The position numbers were made by a program, and so were the translations under genes. From Candidatus Bathyarchaeota archaeon (GTDB taxonomy: Archaea > Thermoproteota > Bathyarchaeia > 40CM-2-53-6): 64,000 bases of DNA. How positions within the stretch are numbered: position 1 is the stretch's first letter; each line of letters begins with the position of its first letter. Shown here in pieces: positions 48,623-59,434 of this stretch. Location: NCBI GenBank assembly GCA_963833125.1, contig CAWHWX010000001.1:288001-352000 (forward strand). Reading direction: 5' to 3'. The notes beneath the pieces were generated by a model. The model was given only the letters and a program-made list of their open reading frames with translations. It searched no databases and was not told the DNA's origin.

Positions 48623-49552
48623 TTAACGAAAAGAGAGGAATGTGTATGCGTAGATTAGAATCGTTACGATGGGCATAATTCTCACCGTGTAGTACTGAAT
48701 TTTCTCTGACTTGATCAAATCCTTCTTGTCGTTATACTTCAGCAGCAGAATTGAGATCGCCAAAGTCGCTACGATGATAATGTACGTCGCGATCATGAAC
48801 TTGTCCGCGAACGTGAGATAACCCAGGGGTGGAAGCGTGCTGTCCAATGTGAATTGGAAGAACACTGCGGCTAGCAGAGCAGTCACTGTGAGTAAGATCC
48901 TCGATTCGAGTCTGCTGCCGACGAGTAGCATGGAAATCAATGCAATGAAAACTACGAAGAAGACCGGAAGGAACATGTTGAATCCTGAAGTTAAGCCCGG
49001 CCGGTTGAGGGCGATTGAAAAGATGTAACGGGAATAGGTTTGGTTGTAGGGAGGGTAGAAGTGATCGACTACGCTTGCGTTCCATCCAGCGACGTTCCAA
49101 CCCACGATTATAACTCTCGGGTCCAAGCCGCTATTACTTGGATCAGGCTGGTATACCAGATATTGTTTGGTGAGAGTGGTATCCTCGATTTCGATATGCA
49201 GATTATGAGAGTCGAAAGGGTATTTCTGTAGGTCTAGATTTTCGTAGAACTCTCCTTGTATGCGGTAGAACCTTTCGTTGGTCGTGTTTTCCTGCAAAAT
49301 GATGCTATCGGCGCGGCCGTCCATGAATTCGAAGGAACCCAGGTTGCATTTGCCGTCGCATGACATAGATAAGTAGAAATCGACTGTATAGGAACCTGTC
49401 GATAGATCGAATTTTCCAATCTGAAGCACATAGATTCCGACTCTCACGACGTTGGGCGACGCTGTTGTCTGAGCGTGCACACTTGATGCGTGCATTTGAC
49501 TGAGCATCAGCGCGAAGAAAAGATAGTAGGCAAGGAGCCGGCTGTATGCCAT
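48623..49552 (-). CDS. Prokaryotic pentameric ligand-gated ion channel (GLIC/ELIC-like)
   Basis: Signal peptide; YTVDFYL; YPFD Pro-loop; GW; four C-terminal TM helices with LP..GYLTFAD. Confidence 0.85.
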   Translation of the reverse strand: MAYSRLLAYYLFFALMLSQMHASSVHAQTTASPNVVRVGIYVLQIGKFDLSTGSYTVDFYLSMSCDGKCNLGSFEFMDGRADSIILQENTTNERFYRIQGEFYENLDLQKYPFDSHNLHIEIEDTTLTKQYLVYQPDPSNSGLDPRVIIVGWNVAGWNASVVDHFYPPYNQTYSRYIFSIALNRPGLTSGFNMFLPVFFVVFIALISMLLVGSRLESRILLTVTALLAAVFFQFTLDSTLPPLGYLTFADKFMIATYIIIVATLAISILLLKYNDKKDLIKSEKIQYYTVRIMPIVTILIYAYTFLSFR

Positions 49553-49636
49553 GGGCCATAGTCTAATTCTTTCCCGATAAAGCGCTTACTGCGAGGCTAA
49601 CAGGTTATGCCAAAGAAATTCGCAGCTCGACTCAGT

Positions 49637-50986
49637 CTATCGAAGCTGAGCTGCTACTTCCTTTACTGCGCCTTCGAAGATTTCCAATCCTTCATCGATG
49701 ATGTCACGGGTTATGATTAGGGGTGGGGCGAAGCGCATCGCTGATTTGCCAGCAGTTATGATTGCCAATCCACGTTTGAAGCACTTGTTCGTTATGTCCT
49801 CCACTTCCTGAGGTGCCGGTTCCTTGGTCTCCGGATCTTTAACGAATTCCACTCCGATCATCAAACCTTTGCCGCGAACGTCGCCCATGATGGGGTATTG
49901 CTGTTGCATTTCTTTCAGTCGCTTCATCAGGTACGTCCCTTGATGGGTCGCGTTCTCCATGAGCTTCTCTTCCTTTATGATATCAATCACCTGTAACGCG
50001 GCGGCGCAAGCTACTGGGTTACCTCCAAAAGTATTGGCATGGGAACCCCCTTCCCAATCCATGAGTTCTTGTCGGGCGACTGCGGCGCCAATCGGAAGGC
50101 CCGATGCAAGGGCCTTGGCGGTGGTCACAATATCAGGTGTTACCCCCCAGTGCTCTAATGCGAACCATCTGCCAGTACGCCCCATCCCAGATTGTATCTC
50201 GTCGTCAGCCAAGAGAATATCATATTTGTCCAGAATCTTCTTCAGGCGCTGGAAGTAATCGTCGGGAGGAACCACGTACCCTGCCTCCCCCTGGATTGGT
50301 TCTACGAACATTGCCGCAGTGTCTTCTGGGGGATGGTATTTCTTGAGTACCTCTTCTTCTATGAAGTCGACGCACCACATGTCGCACTCGGGATACTTCA
50401 GCCCGAAGGGGCAGCGGTAGCAGTAAGGATAAGGAACATGGGTTACTTCGGGAACGAGCGGGAAAAAGTGCCTTCTCTGAACGGGTTTACTAGCAGTTAG
50501 AGCCATCGTTCCGAAACTTCTTCCATGAAACGCACCGGTATAGGCTAAGAAGAGCGGTTTGCGCGTGTGCCAACGGGCCATCTTCATTGCCGCCTCGTTC
50601 GCCTCCGCACCACTATTACAGAAGTACACTTTCTTAGCAAATGAGCCAGGCGTAATCTCAGTTAATTTCTCGGCCAGGTCGATGATTGGCTTATAGTAGA
50701 AATCGGTCCATGAATAGTGAATTAATTTCTCAGCTTGATCCTTGATCGCTTTGACCACGCGCGGGTGCGAATGGCCCACGGCCAAAACTACTAACCCCGA
50801 ATTGAAGTCTATGAACTCGTTACCGTCCACATCCTTAACGACGCATCCCGAACCAGAGTCGGCGACGAGAGGATACCAGCGAACAGCCGATTGCGATATC
50901 AGACTCGCATCTTTCTTAAGCAATTCCCTCGCCTTAGGTCCAGGCGGAGTGGCAACGATCTTATGTCGCTCAACTTTAGCCACCAT
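49637..50986 (-). CDS. Class III aminotransferase (acetylornithine/4-aminobutyrate family)
   Basis: SGAEANE, AFHGR, EPIQGE, DEIQSGMGRTG, AKALASG and TFGGNP. Confidence 0.93.
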   Translation of the reverse strand: MVAKVERHKIVATPPGPKARELLKKDASLISQSAVRWYPLVADSGSGCVVKDVDGNEFIDFNSGLVVLAVGHSHPRVVKAIKDQAEKLIHYSWTDFYYKPIIDLAEKLTEITPGSFAKKVYFCNSGAEANEAAMKMARWHTRKPLFLAYTGAFHGRSFGTMALTASKPVQRRHFFPLVPEVTHVPYPYCYRCPFGLKYPECDMWCVDFIEEEVLKKYHPPEDTAAMFVEPIQGEAGYVVPPDDYFQRLKKILDKYDILLADDEIQSGMGRTGRWFALEHWGVTPDIVTTAKALASGLPIGAAVARQELMDWEGGSHANTFGGNPVACAAALQVIDIIKEEKLMENATHQGTYLMKRLKEMQQQYPIMGDVRGKGLMIGVEFVKDPETKEPAPQEVEDITNKCFKRGLAIITAGKSAMRFAPPLIITRDIIDEGLEIFEGAVKEVAAQLR

Positions 50987-51116
50987 TACGAGTCACCCGC
51001 TTATTGGAACGCGAGCGCTTAGTCCATGAATTGTAAAAGGCTTCCGTTCATCTCTCGTGCATAACACCTAGTTCACTGAAGGACCGGTTTCATGATAAAC
51101 CAAGGTGGCGTCCCGA

Positions 51117-52866
51117 TCATTTTATGATTAGAGGTACCACTCTTTGGTGATCAACGTCAAAGAGCCCTTTGTCTGTAATTCTTGCGTGAGATATTACCGG
51201 AAGTGCGAGCGTGGAGATTATCAGTATGGTTCCGTAATCGACGAGTCCAAGTTGTTCCTCCACTTTTCTGAATGCCAGCAATTTTCCTGCGACTGTCTCA
51301 GCCTTTTCTTCCGACATGAGGCCTGCTACCGGTAGCTCAACTTTAGCCAACACCTTTCCTCCGTTCACTGCAACCAACCCACCTTGGCACTCGATTAGAG
51401 TGTTTGCGGCCATCGCCATATCTGGCGGGTTATTCCCAACAACAGTAAGGTTGTGTGAATCGTGTGAAATGGTGGTAGCTAAGGCTCCTTCCTTCAGACC
51501 GAATCTATCCAGGAAGCCAAGCGACTTGTTTCTGGTTTTTCCGTGTCTTTCCAAAACGGCAACGGTCGCACCATCGTGCTGCACGATATGGTCCTTGACG
51601 GTCATGTCTTTTTCCTCAAAGTTGGTTAAGAAGCCCTGCATGGTTATTGTGCGGACTCTGATCGATCCAGTCTCTTGTTCGACCCGGACCTGGAAATCTC
51701 CCGGCGTCACGCTCGTGAAGTTTCACTGTGTGTGTTGCTTCTTTCGGGAAATGCGTCGTCGTAAGTTTTGTTGTAAGCATACCATTTTCTGCTACGATTC
51801 TCCCATTCGCAACAACCAAGTCCACTCTGAACTCATTCAAGTCTTTGAGTAGTAGGATGTCGGCGATTTTTCCTGGGGCTATGGCGCCGCGGTCGAATAG
51901 GCGAAGGTGTTTGGCTGGGAAGAGGGTTGCTGAGCGGACGGCGTCGATTGGATCGAACCCGTTTCGTATTGCTTTGCGCACAACATCGTCCAAATGTCCA
52001 TCTCGCACGAGATCGTCTGGCATTGTGTCGTCAGTAACGAATAGCAGGCCTTGCTTGCTAGGAAGCTTGGCCAGCAATTTGACTAATCCGGGAACGAGAG
52101 AGAATTTCCTTAGCTTTGCGAACATTCCGAGCCGCATTTCGCGGAGGATTATGTCAAAATCAGCCTTGTAACCATGTTCGGAGTCCACAGGGAAGTATTC
52201 ATGGTTTGCTTCAATTCCTGCGGCTGCGTACGCGTTCGTTCCCTTTTCGTCTAGACCCATGCAGTGACCGTCAATAACGACTCCTGCCTCCCTGCCAGCC
52301 TTGACTATACCAGTCATACGTTCATCGAGGTTGACAACGCCGCTGTAATCCATTACTTCTGCGAGGCCGATAACCCTCTCCCAACCAAGCATTTCTCTAA
52401 CATCTGATGCTTGAATTTCAGCCCCCGCTGTGTCCGCGTTCAAGACCGCAGGGACGCACGTAGGGACGAGAACAAGAACCTTCAACGGCAGGCCTGCACT
52501 GGAATCAAGCATCATCCTTACCCCGGCTTTCCCTAACACATTTCCAATTTCATGAGGATCAATTGCCACGGTAGTCGTCCCATGTGGTAGAACGGCCTCA
52601 GCAAATCGCGGTGGAGTAAGCATACTGCTCTCAATGTGGAGATGCGAATCGATCAGGCCTGGTATGGCATACATTCCTTTCGCGTCGAAAACATCCTTCG
52701 ACTTAGTTGCTTCTAGATCTCCAACATAGGAGATTATGTCGCCACAAATCCCTATACTGGTCTCGTATTGTTCGCGGGTGTAAACATTCACGAGCCGCAC
52801 GTTTCTCAGTACGAGGTCGAACGGGACGTCTCCGCGTGCAGTCTGGACTACTTTTTCATAACTCAA
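51117..52866 (-). CDS. ade: Adenine deaminase, Ade type (frameshift near 51710)
   Basis: DSHLHIESS, DPHEIGNV, LAEVM, DGH, VTDD, SHDSHN and LPVAGLMS. Confidence 0.9.
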
Positions 52867-52923
52867 GTTTGAATCAAGTCTTTCCCAATACTGGCAACCC
52901 TAGGAAATGATTACAAGGCTTTC

Positions 52924-54190
52924 GTGATCGTTGACGTAACAAAAATGGATGTGGTTGGTGTGACTTCGGCGAGTCAAGTCGCCACGGAGCGCTTGGTTCA
53001 ACGATCGCTTGCGCCTGCAAGATGGTTCTGGTTGGATTGGCTCAGAGTTATCGCCATGGGCACTATCTTCCTGTTTCATAGTAGCAGGCCCTTCGCGCCG
53101 CCTCCATGGCATGTTATGAACTCGACTTTGGATCTAGGGTTCACTCTGTTCGACGCTTTCATTTCCGGATGGATCATGCCCCTCTTCTTCGTAATCTCAG
53201 GTATCGCCGTGTACTCTTCTCTAAGAAAACGAAGTGGAAGTGCCTCTCAATTCCTTAAGGACCGATTCATGCGACTCATGATCCCCTTCCTAACCGTTGG
53301 ACTGCTAGTCATTTTATCTGTGAACGTTTACTACGACGCAGTCTTCCACGGGAATTTCACGGGAGACTTTCTCAGCTTCTATCTTGGACCGTACTTCACG
53401 AAGTTCTTCCCATTCGACCTGAACTTTTCATCCACCTATTTCGCAGAACTCGAATCAGGGCATATACCTTTGGTACCTCTTCTGGCTGTTCGCCTTCTCC
53501 ATCGCGACATTTCCCTTGTTCAGATGGCTCGCGAAGGAAGTGAACCGCGAGAGGCTCTCGAAGCTGTACGCTGCCTGCAACAGGCGGGGAGGCATTCTAT
53601 TGCTGGCGATTCCTCTGATCATTGTGAATATAGCCGCGGTGCCGCCTTACTTCGTCTTTCCCAGCGGCTATGGAGGCTGGAAACTCCCCGCATACCTCGT
53701 GCTTTTCGTCATTGCTTACGTGATGGCTTCTAGCCCTCAATTCGAAGAGTCGATCGAGAAGAACCGGAAAATCAGCTTGATTTTGGGGGTCGTCATAAGC
53801 CTCATCATAATCGCCATAGCAGCTTCATCCGGAGGCGCGCCCGCTTCATCTGGCATAGACGGTTCTTACGTTGTGGTTTCCACGATCTGGGCATTGAACG
53901 GGTGGTGCTGGGTGACGGCGATACTTGGCTTCGGGCGCAAATACCTCTCCTTCGACCACAAATACCTGAAAGTCTCAAATGAACTCGTGTTACCGTTCTA
54001 TATTCTCCATCAGTCCGTCATCGTCGCAGTAGCCTTCTATGTTGTCGGTCTGAACTTAATCGTGATCGAGAAATACCTTCTAATCGTGCTCGTATCATTT
54101 CCAATAATAGCGGCTCTACTTTACCCTGTTAGCAAAGTCAATGTGCTCAGGTTTCTGTTTGGAATGCGAACGAAGACGCACGCTTCCTGA
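52924..54190 (+). CDS. Acyltransferase 3 family membrane protein (OpgC/MdoC-like; frameshift near 53450)
   Basis: LDWLRV, MPLFFVISG, RLMIP and PFYILHQ. Confidence 0.85.
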
Positions 54191-54206
54191 GGGCGAGCAA
54201 CAATCG

Positions 54207-54238
54207 CATGTGGGGTTATCGTGGTACGCACCCACATG
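54207..54238 (+). repeat. Divergent repeat site (core TTATCG)
   Basis: CATGTGGGG-TTATCG-TGGTACGCACCCACATG; outer 8 bp perfectly inverted. Confidence 0.7.
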
Positions 54239-54296
54239 GACAGTCGTCAAGCCATATTGTAGAATATCGTTCGAGACGCGTTTTCTCGGCTGTTGC

Positions 54297-55860
54297 TCAC
54301 TCGGGAGGGATTTCTTTGTAGGCGAGTGATATGTCGATTCCTCGTTTTCCGTGGTAGTACTTGGATACCCCGTAAAGAACCAGGCCTGTTAGAAATGAAG
54401 CTGCTACGTATGAGTATGCGAATGGGTTTCCGCCCCAGATCGACGGGAACGCGAGGAACTGGTAAAGCAGGTACAGAAATACTAGAGAGGTGAAGGTTCC
54501 ACAGGATAACAGCAACCATTTCGCTTGTCCCTTCTCCTTCCTAACTCCATACACCGCCCCTGCTGCTCCGATGCATGCGAAGTAAATCATCGAGGCGATG
54601 ACACTTCCGTAGAGGGATACCAAGAGTTCCATAGAGGAAGGAAGCTCCGCCGATCAAGAAGATGACTACGACAAGGTCAATCAAGTGAGCCACGACTGGA
54701 GAACCCCATTTGGGAGTTACATAGGCGATTTTTGATGGGAGGAAGCGGTCGAATGCTTCGGCGAACAGATACCTAGAAACAAGAATTATCCCGTAAGCAA
54801 GGATGGCGACGTTCCAGACAATCCATCCCAGCCCAATGAACCATGACAAGGCGACGTTGTTGGATACTCCCATCGCTAGAGTCCAGAAGTTGAACGAGTA
54901 TGTATACACCAAAGTAGAATTGGCTAAGGCGGCCGTAATGAATTCGAACCCTCCTACAAAGTACATCGTTGCGAACGAACCGGTAACGAGTAAGAAGATG
55001 ATGAACGCTGCGATTGGAATATTCCATTTGAGAGTTTTATTTCCGCCTTTGAGTTCAGACGCTACGGCAGGGCCTGCGAAGACCCATGGGTAAACGAAGA
55101 TTGCGAAGAACGGAAGCATCATAATTGTGGCGTTGAAATCGAACGTAGGCCCCGTATAAGACGCAGCGACCTTTGCGTAGGTCGTATTCGCGCCGATGCT
55201 ATTGAGGAAGTCCATGTAACTCGACACTCCTGCCCTACCGGCGGAGAGTAATGTGATGTTGGCGACGATCATACTAATGACGCCGAGAGTAGTGCATACC
55301 GCTACAAGTTTGTATCCGAACTTGGGTCTCCAGATATTCACGCCTATCATTACGGCAAAGATCACGGCACCAAGGACAAACTGGGACACTACGTCAGCTC
55401 CTTGAATGTTCCCAGGCAAGGCGAGTCCAAGGCAGCTTGTAATTCCGCAGCTCGTGTAACCCAAAGACGCACCCACTGAACCGATTGCAAAGATTGTTGA
55501 AAGCGTAATCAGCGCAAGATATGCCATCGTCTCGAGGGCTGGACCCATGAAGGCTAGGGATCCTCCTAACCATCCGCCGAAAGTCCGGGAAAGCCAGACA
55601 TAATCTCCGCCCGTTCTAGGTATACGTTGAGTCATCATCGTGTAGACGACAATTTGCGGTATAGAAAGCACGAACGCAATAATTGATCCATACACAAGGT
55701 TTACGCCGGATATGGTTGGCAACAAAACCATCGTGAAACCCACAACGGCGAGTGCCGCTCCGGCTGACATGTCAGCTATGTTGAGAGCGACCGCATCAAA
55801 GAGAGAGACGTTCTTGATCAGCCCAGTAGCTTCACGAACGAAAACAGCGCCTTTAGCCAA
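54297..55860 (-). CDS. APC-family permease (frameshift near 54620)
   Basis: VFVREATGL, PRTGGDYVW.SR, SELK and YKEIPPE. Confidence 0.88.
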
Positions 55861-55991
55861 TTAGTCTTCCCTAGAACGCCATTCATGACGTCTGTTCGCA
55901 TAAAAGACTTTGTTGACACTTTCAAATGGCGGCGGACCCGATCGTGACAAAGATTTATGAACGCACCCAAAAATAAAGCCCGAAGGCCACT

Positions 55992-56999
55992 TTGTCAAGT
56001 AGAATTAACCAAATGATCTACGAGTTTCCAAAGGCTGAGTTACACCTTCACATTGAGGGCACGTTCGAGCCGGAGCTAATGTTCGAAATAGCGCAACGAA
56101 ACAAAGTAAAACTTCCTTACAAAACCGTGGAGGAGGTTCGAAAGGCCTACAAGTTCACGGACCTGCAATCGTTCTTGGACATATACTACAACGCGATGAG
56201 CGTTCTTCTTCACGAACGAGACTTTTACGAGCTAACCACGGCTTATCTCAAACGAGCATCATCCCAAGGGGTTCGGCACGCTGAAATTTTCTTCGACCCC
56301 CAAGCACACACAGATCGACACGTACCTTTCGACACCGTAGTCAATGGAATAAGTCAAGCACTCGTTGACGGCCAGAAGAACATGGGAGTAAGCTCCAAGC
56401 TCATAATGTGTTTTCTGAGAGACCTCTCAGCGGCTTCCGCCATGCAAACGCTCGAGAAGGCATTTTCGTACAAGGACAAGATTTTCGCAGTAGGGTTGGA
56501 TTCCAAAGAACTCGGTAACCCTCCCAAGAAATTTCAAGAAGTGTTCGCGAAAGCAAGGGACGGAGGCTTTCTTGCCGTAGCACACGCAGGGGAAGAAGCT
56601 CCACCGGAATATGTTTGGCAAGCTTTGGAACTATTAGGGGTGTCTCGAATCGATCATGGATACCACTCCCTTGAGGACCCCAGATTAGTGGATAAACTTG
56701 TGAAGGAACAAATCCCCCTAACCGCCTGCCCATTGGCCAGCGTCGGCGTCCAATACTTTGAGTCCATGGATAAGTTCCCAATCAAGAAGATGCTCGATCT
56801 AGGCTTGCTCGTGATGCTGAACTCAGATGACCCGGCGTACTTTGGCGGCTATGTCGCAGAGAATTACAAAGCAGTGACGGACGCGCTTAGGCTCACCGAG
56901 CAAGATGTGCTCAAACTTTTGAAGAACTCATTCAAGGCTTCCTTCTTAGAAGAGAGCAGTAAACAGCGATATATCACACAACTGGACGAAAAATTCTGA
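55992..56999 (+). CDS. add: Adenosine deaminase-family protein (adenosine or type-2 adenine deaminase)
   Basis: PKAELHLHIEG, HAGEE, RIDHG and NSDDPAYFGG. Confidence 0.9.
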   Translation: MSSRINQMIYEFPKAELHLHIEGTFEPELMFEIAQRNKVKLPYKTVEEVRKAYKFTDLQSFLDIYYNAMSVLLHERDFYELTTAYLKRASSQGVRHAEIFFDPQAHTDRHVPFDTVVNGISQALVDGQKNMGVSSKLIMCFLRDLSAASAMQTLEKAFSYKDKIFAVGLDSKELGNPPKKFQEVFAKARDGGFLAVAHAGEEAPPEYVWQALELLGVSRIDHGYHSLEDPRLVDKLVKEQIPLTACPLASVGVQYFESMDKFPIKKMLDLGLLVMLNSDDPAYFGGYVAENYKAVTDALRLTEQDVLKLLKNSFKASFLEESSKQRYITQLDEKF

Positions 57000-57106
57000 T
57001 CCGAGATCGAGTGTCTCGCCTGGAATTCTGCGTTATATTGAACAACTGGAAGCGAAAATTAAGAGTAAGTGTTCGAAATACGATATCGAATGTCTCGCTT
57101 GGAATA

Positions 57107-57442
57107 TTACGAGGTTGTGGTTTGCTCAGCTTCGACGCTCTCGTCTTCTTCAAACTCGCCTTCGTCTTCTCCTTGCGAGAGCGTGATTTCGATCGTTGAA
57201 ATGTTGCCCCTAGTACCGTCGTAACGGGTGACGTCTTCTGAACCAAGGTTTATGCTTTTAATGAGTACGTCTTTGAGAAAGCTATGCCTTAGCATTTGTA
57301 CGGTGTCGATGGCTTTCTCTATCGCTTGACCCCTCGCCCTGACCATAACTTCCTCGTTGCCGGAATTGAAGAGCGTTACGCAGGCTGTGACGTAGTTCAT
57401 GACGGGTTTCTTGCCAATTCGAACGAGGTTCGGTTGACTCAT
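57107..57442 (-). CDS. albA: Alba chromatin protein with acidic C-terminal tail
   Basis: IGKKPVMNYV, ARGQAIEKAID and ISTIEITL. Confidence 0.93.
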   Translation of the reverse strand: MSQPNLVRIGKKPVMNYVTACVTLFNSGNEEVMVRARGQAIEKAIDTVQMLRHSFLKDVLIKSINLGSEDVTRYDGTRGNISTIEITLSQGEDEGEFEEDESVEAEQTTTS

Positions 57443-57574
57443 CGAACACACCAAAACAAAATTGTTGGATTACTCGTGAAGGGCGTTGCGATTCAGGGTT
57501 TTCTGGGAAGGACCATCTCGCGTTCTATTAAGATTGTTCGACGAAGAATTCGCTATTAAAATAGTCTGCTCTCT

Positions 57575-58564
57575 CTAGCCACCAATGGTGTGCATTGGTC
57601 GGATATGTTCAAGCCCTTCATATTTCTTGAGCAATGTTTCAACACCAGGCGCCTTACGCAGAACTGCGTCGCGCATGAAATTCAGAATGGCTTCATCGGA
57701 TGCTCCGCCTCTAAGCAGGGGTCTTAGGTCGAATCCAGTTTTGTCAAAGAGACACGGAACTATTTTGCCATCCGCGGAAAGACGGATTCTGTCGCAATCG
57801 GAGCAGAATGGTTCGGTTATTGAAGTAATTATTCCGATCTCACCTTTTCCGTCTTGAAACTTGTAGAGCTTTGCAGTGCTTCCGGCTTGGCGTGGAACTG
57901 GGGCCAGCGGGTAGTGTTCTCGAATTCTTTCCACAATCTCATTGCCGCTCACTACCTTATCCATGCCCCAATGTTGTTGACCATCGAAGGGCATGTATTC
58001 AATGAATCTCACCGTGACGTCGCCCGCTATCGCAAGGGAAGCCAGGTCCGCAACCTCGTCATCATTGCAGCCGCGAATGATTACGGCGTTTATTTTGAGA
58101 GGTTTGAAGCCGCTTGATTTCGCAGCTCTTATTCCAGCGACAACGGTCTCGAGGACACCGCCTCCCGTTATCTGGCTGAACCTTTCGGGCTTGAGGCTGT
58201 GAAGGCTTACAGTGACTCCCTTCAACCCGGCCTTTCTTAGGGCCGAGGCTTTCTCAGACAGGAGGAATCCGTTCGTGGTCATGCTGAGCTGGCGGAGTTT
58301 GGGAATCTTAGCTAAGAGAGCGACTAGTTCCTCGATGTCGCGGCGCATTAAGGGTTCGCCGCCACTCAACCGTATGTTCTCTACACCCATACCCACGAAG
58401 AGAGATGCAACTCGCTGAATCTCCTCATAGCTGAGAATCTCGCTCTGCGGCAACCAGACCGGGTGTGTGGGCATGCAGAACTGACAGCGGAAGTTACAGC
58501 GGTCCGTAACCGAAATTCGGAGCTTACGCGCAACGCGCCCATAAGAATCGGTTAGAACCGGCAC
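57575..58564 (-). CDS. moaA: GTP 3',8-cyclase
   Basis: CNFRCQFC, SGGEP, CxxC..C C-terminal cluster and terminal IGG. Confidence 0.95.
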   Translation of the reverse strand: MPVLTDSYGRVARKLRISVTDRCNFRCQFCMPTHPVWLPQSEILSYEEIQRVASLFVGMGVENIRLSGGEPLMRRDIEELVALLAKIPKLRQLSMTTNGFLLSEKASALRKAGLKGVTVSLHSLKPERFSQITGGGVLETVVAGIRAAKSSGFKPLKINAVIIRGCNDDEVADLASLAIAGDVTVRFIEYMPFDGQQHWGMDKVVSGNEIVERIREHYPLAPVPRQAGSTAKLYKFQDGKGEIGIITSITEPFCSDCDRIRLSADGKIVPCLFDKTGFDLRPLLRGGASDEAILNFMRDAVLRKAPGVETLLKKYEGLEHIRPMHTIGG

Positions 58565-58643
58565 TAGACCTAAGCCGCCCTATGTAGCATGCAGAAAGTG
58601 CATCATTTAAAGCCTAATTTTCCCCATCAAGAGTGAACCAGAT

Positions 58644-59108
58644 ATGAGTCCATCAGGACCTCCGCTGGTGTCCTCATCCTCTGAGCAAATTGTATTGTTC
58701 GTTTGCGTGGAGAATACCTTTCGTAGTATCATAAGTGAAGCTATTTTCAACACATATGCACCAAAAGGCTGGCATGCAGAAAGCGCCGGCGTGCAACCCA
58801 GCGAAGCCATCAACCCAGTCGCCATCGAGCTCCTACGAGAGATTGGAATCGAAATCGGCTCGAAAAAGCCTAGGTCGGTCACGCCGGAGTTAGTCGCCGG
58901 TGCAACTCGGATCGTCACTTTCGGCTGCTTAGACCGCTGTCCCATCGGTGCTAAAGAAAAATCGGAGGATTGGCCTATCCCCGGGAGCACGACCGGGAAG
59001 AATGGCTCTCTGAGGAGCCCTGTCGAGTTACATGCGATTCGCGGTGAACTAGAACGCCGGATTCTCAAGTTAATCCATGAAATCGAACGAAGCACACCAG
59101 CTCAGTAA
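58644..59108 (+). CDS. LMW-PTP/arsenate reductase-like protein
   Basis: FVCVENTFRS, ESAG, GC..CP and DWPIP. Confidence 0.8.
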   Translation: MSPSGPPLVSSSSEQIVLFVCVENTFRSIISEAIFNTYAPKGWHAESAGVQPSEAINPVAIELLREIGIEIGSKKPRSVTPELVAGATRIVTFGCLDRCPIGAKEKSEDWPIPGSTTGKNGSLRSPVELHAIRGELERRILKLIHEIERSTPAQ

Positions 59109-59164
59109 ATACGTCAACCACCATCGAAACAATATATCGGCGGGGTTAAGGTAATGGTGCAGCC

Positions 59165-59416
59165 ATGCCTAGAAAACTTCCGTCCTCATACTTGCGGAAA
59201 CTGAACGAGGAACAGAAAAGAACCAAAGTTTACGCTGAGAAAGCGGCAGAAAAGAAACTGGAGCCAAAGGATCCGGATTCGGGAAAGCTCAAAGGGTTTA
59301 CGGGGATTTGTCAAACGTGTGGGTCTCGCACGAAATTCACTGTAGACAAGTTTGGGTACGCGACATGCGGAAACTGTAGGGCAATTGCCAGTTACAAGTT
59401 CGGGCACGTAGCGTAA
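59165..59416 (+). CDS. Small basic zinc-finger protein
   Basis: CQTC...CGNC; Lys-rich N-terminus. Confidence 0.6.
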   Translation: MPRKLPSSYLRKLNEEQKRTKVYAEKAAEKKLEPKDPDSGKLKGFTGICQTCGSRTKFTVDKFGYATCGNCRAIASYKFGHVA

Positions 59417-59434
59417 TCTGAGTTCGATAGGAAG

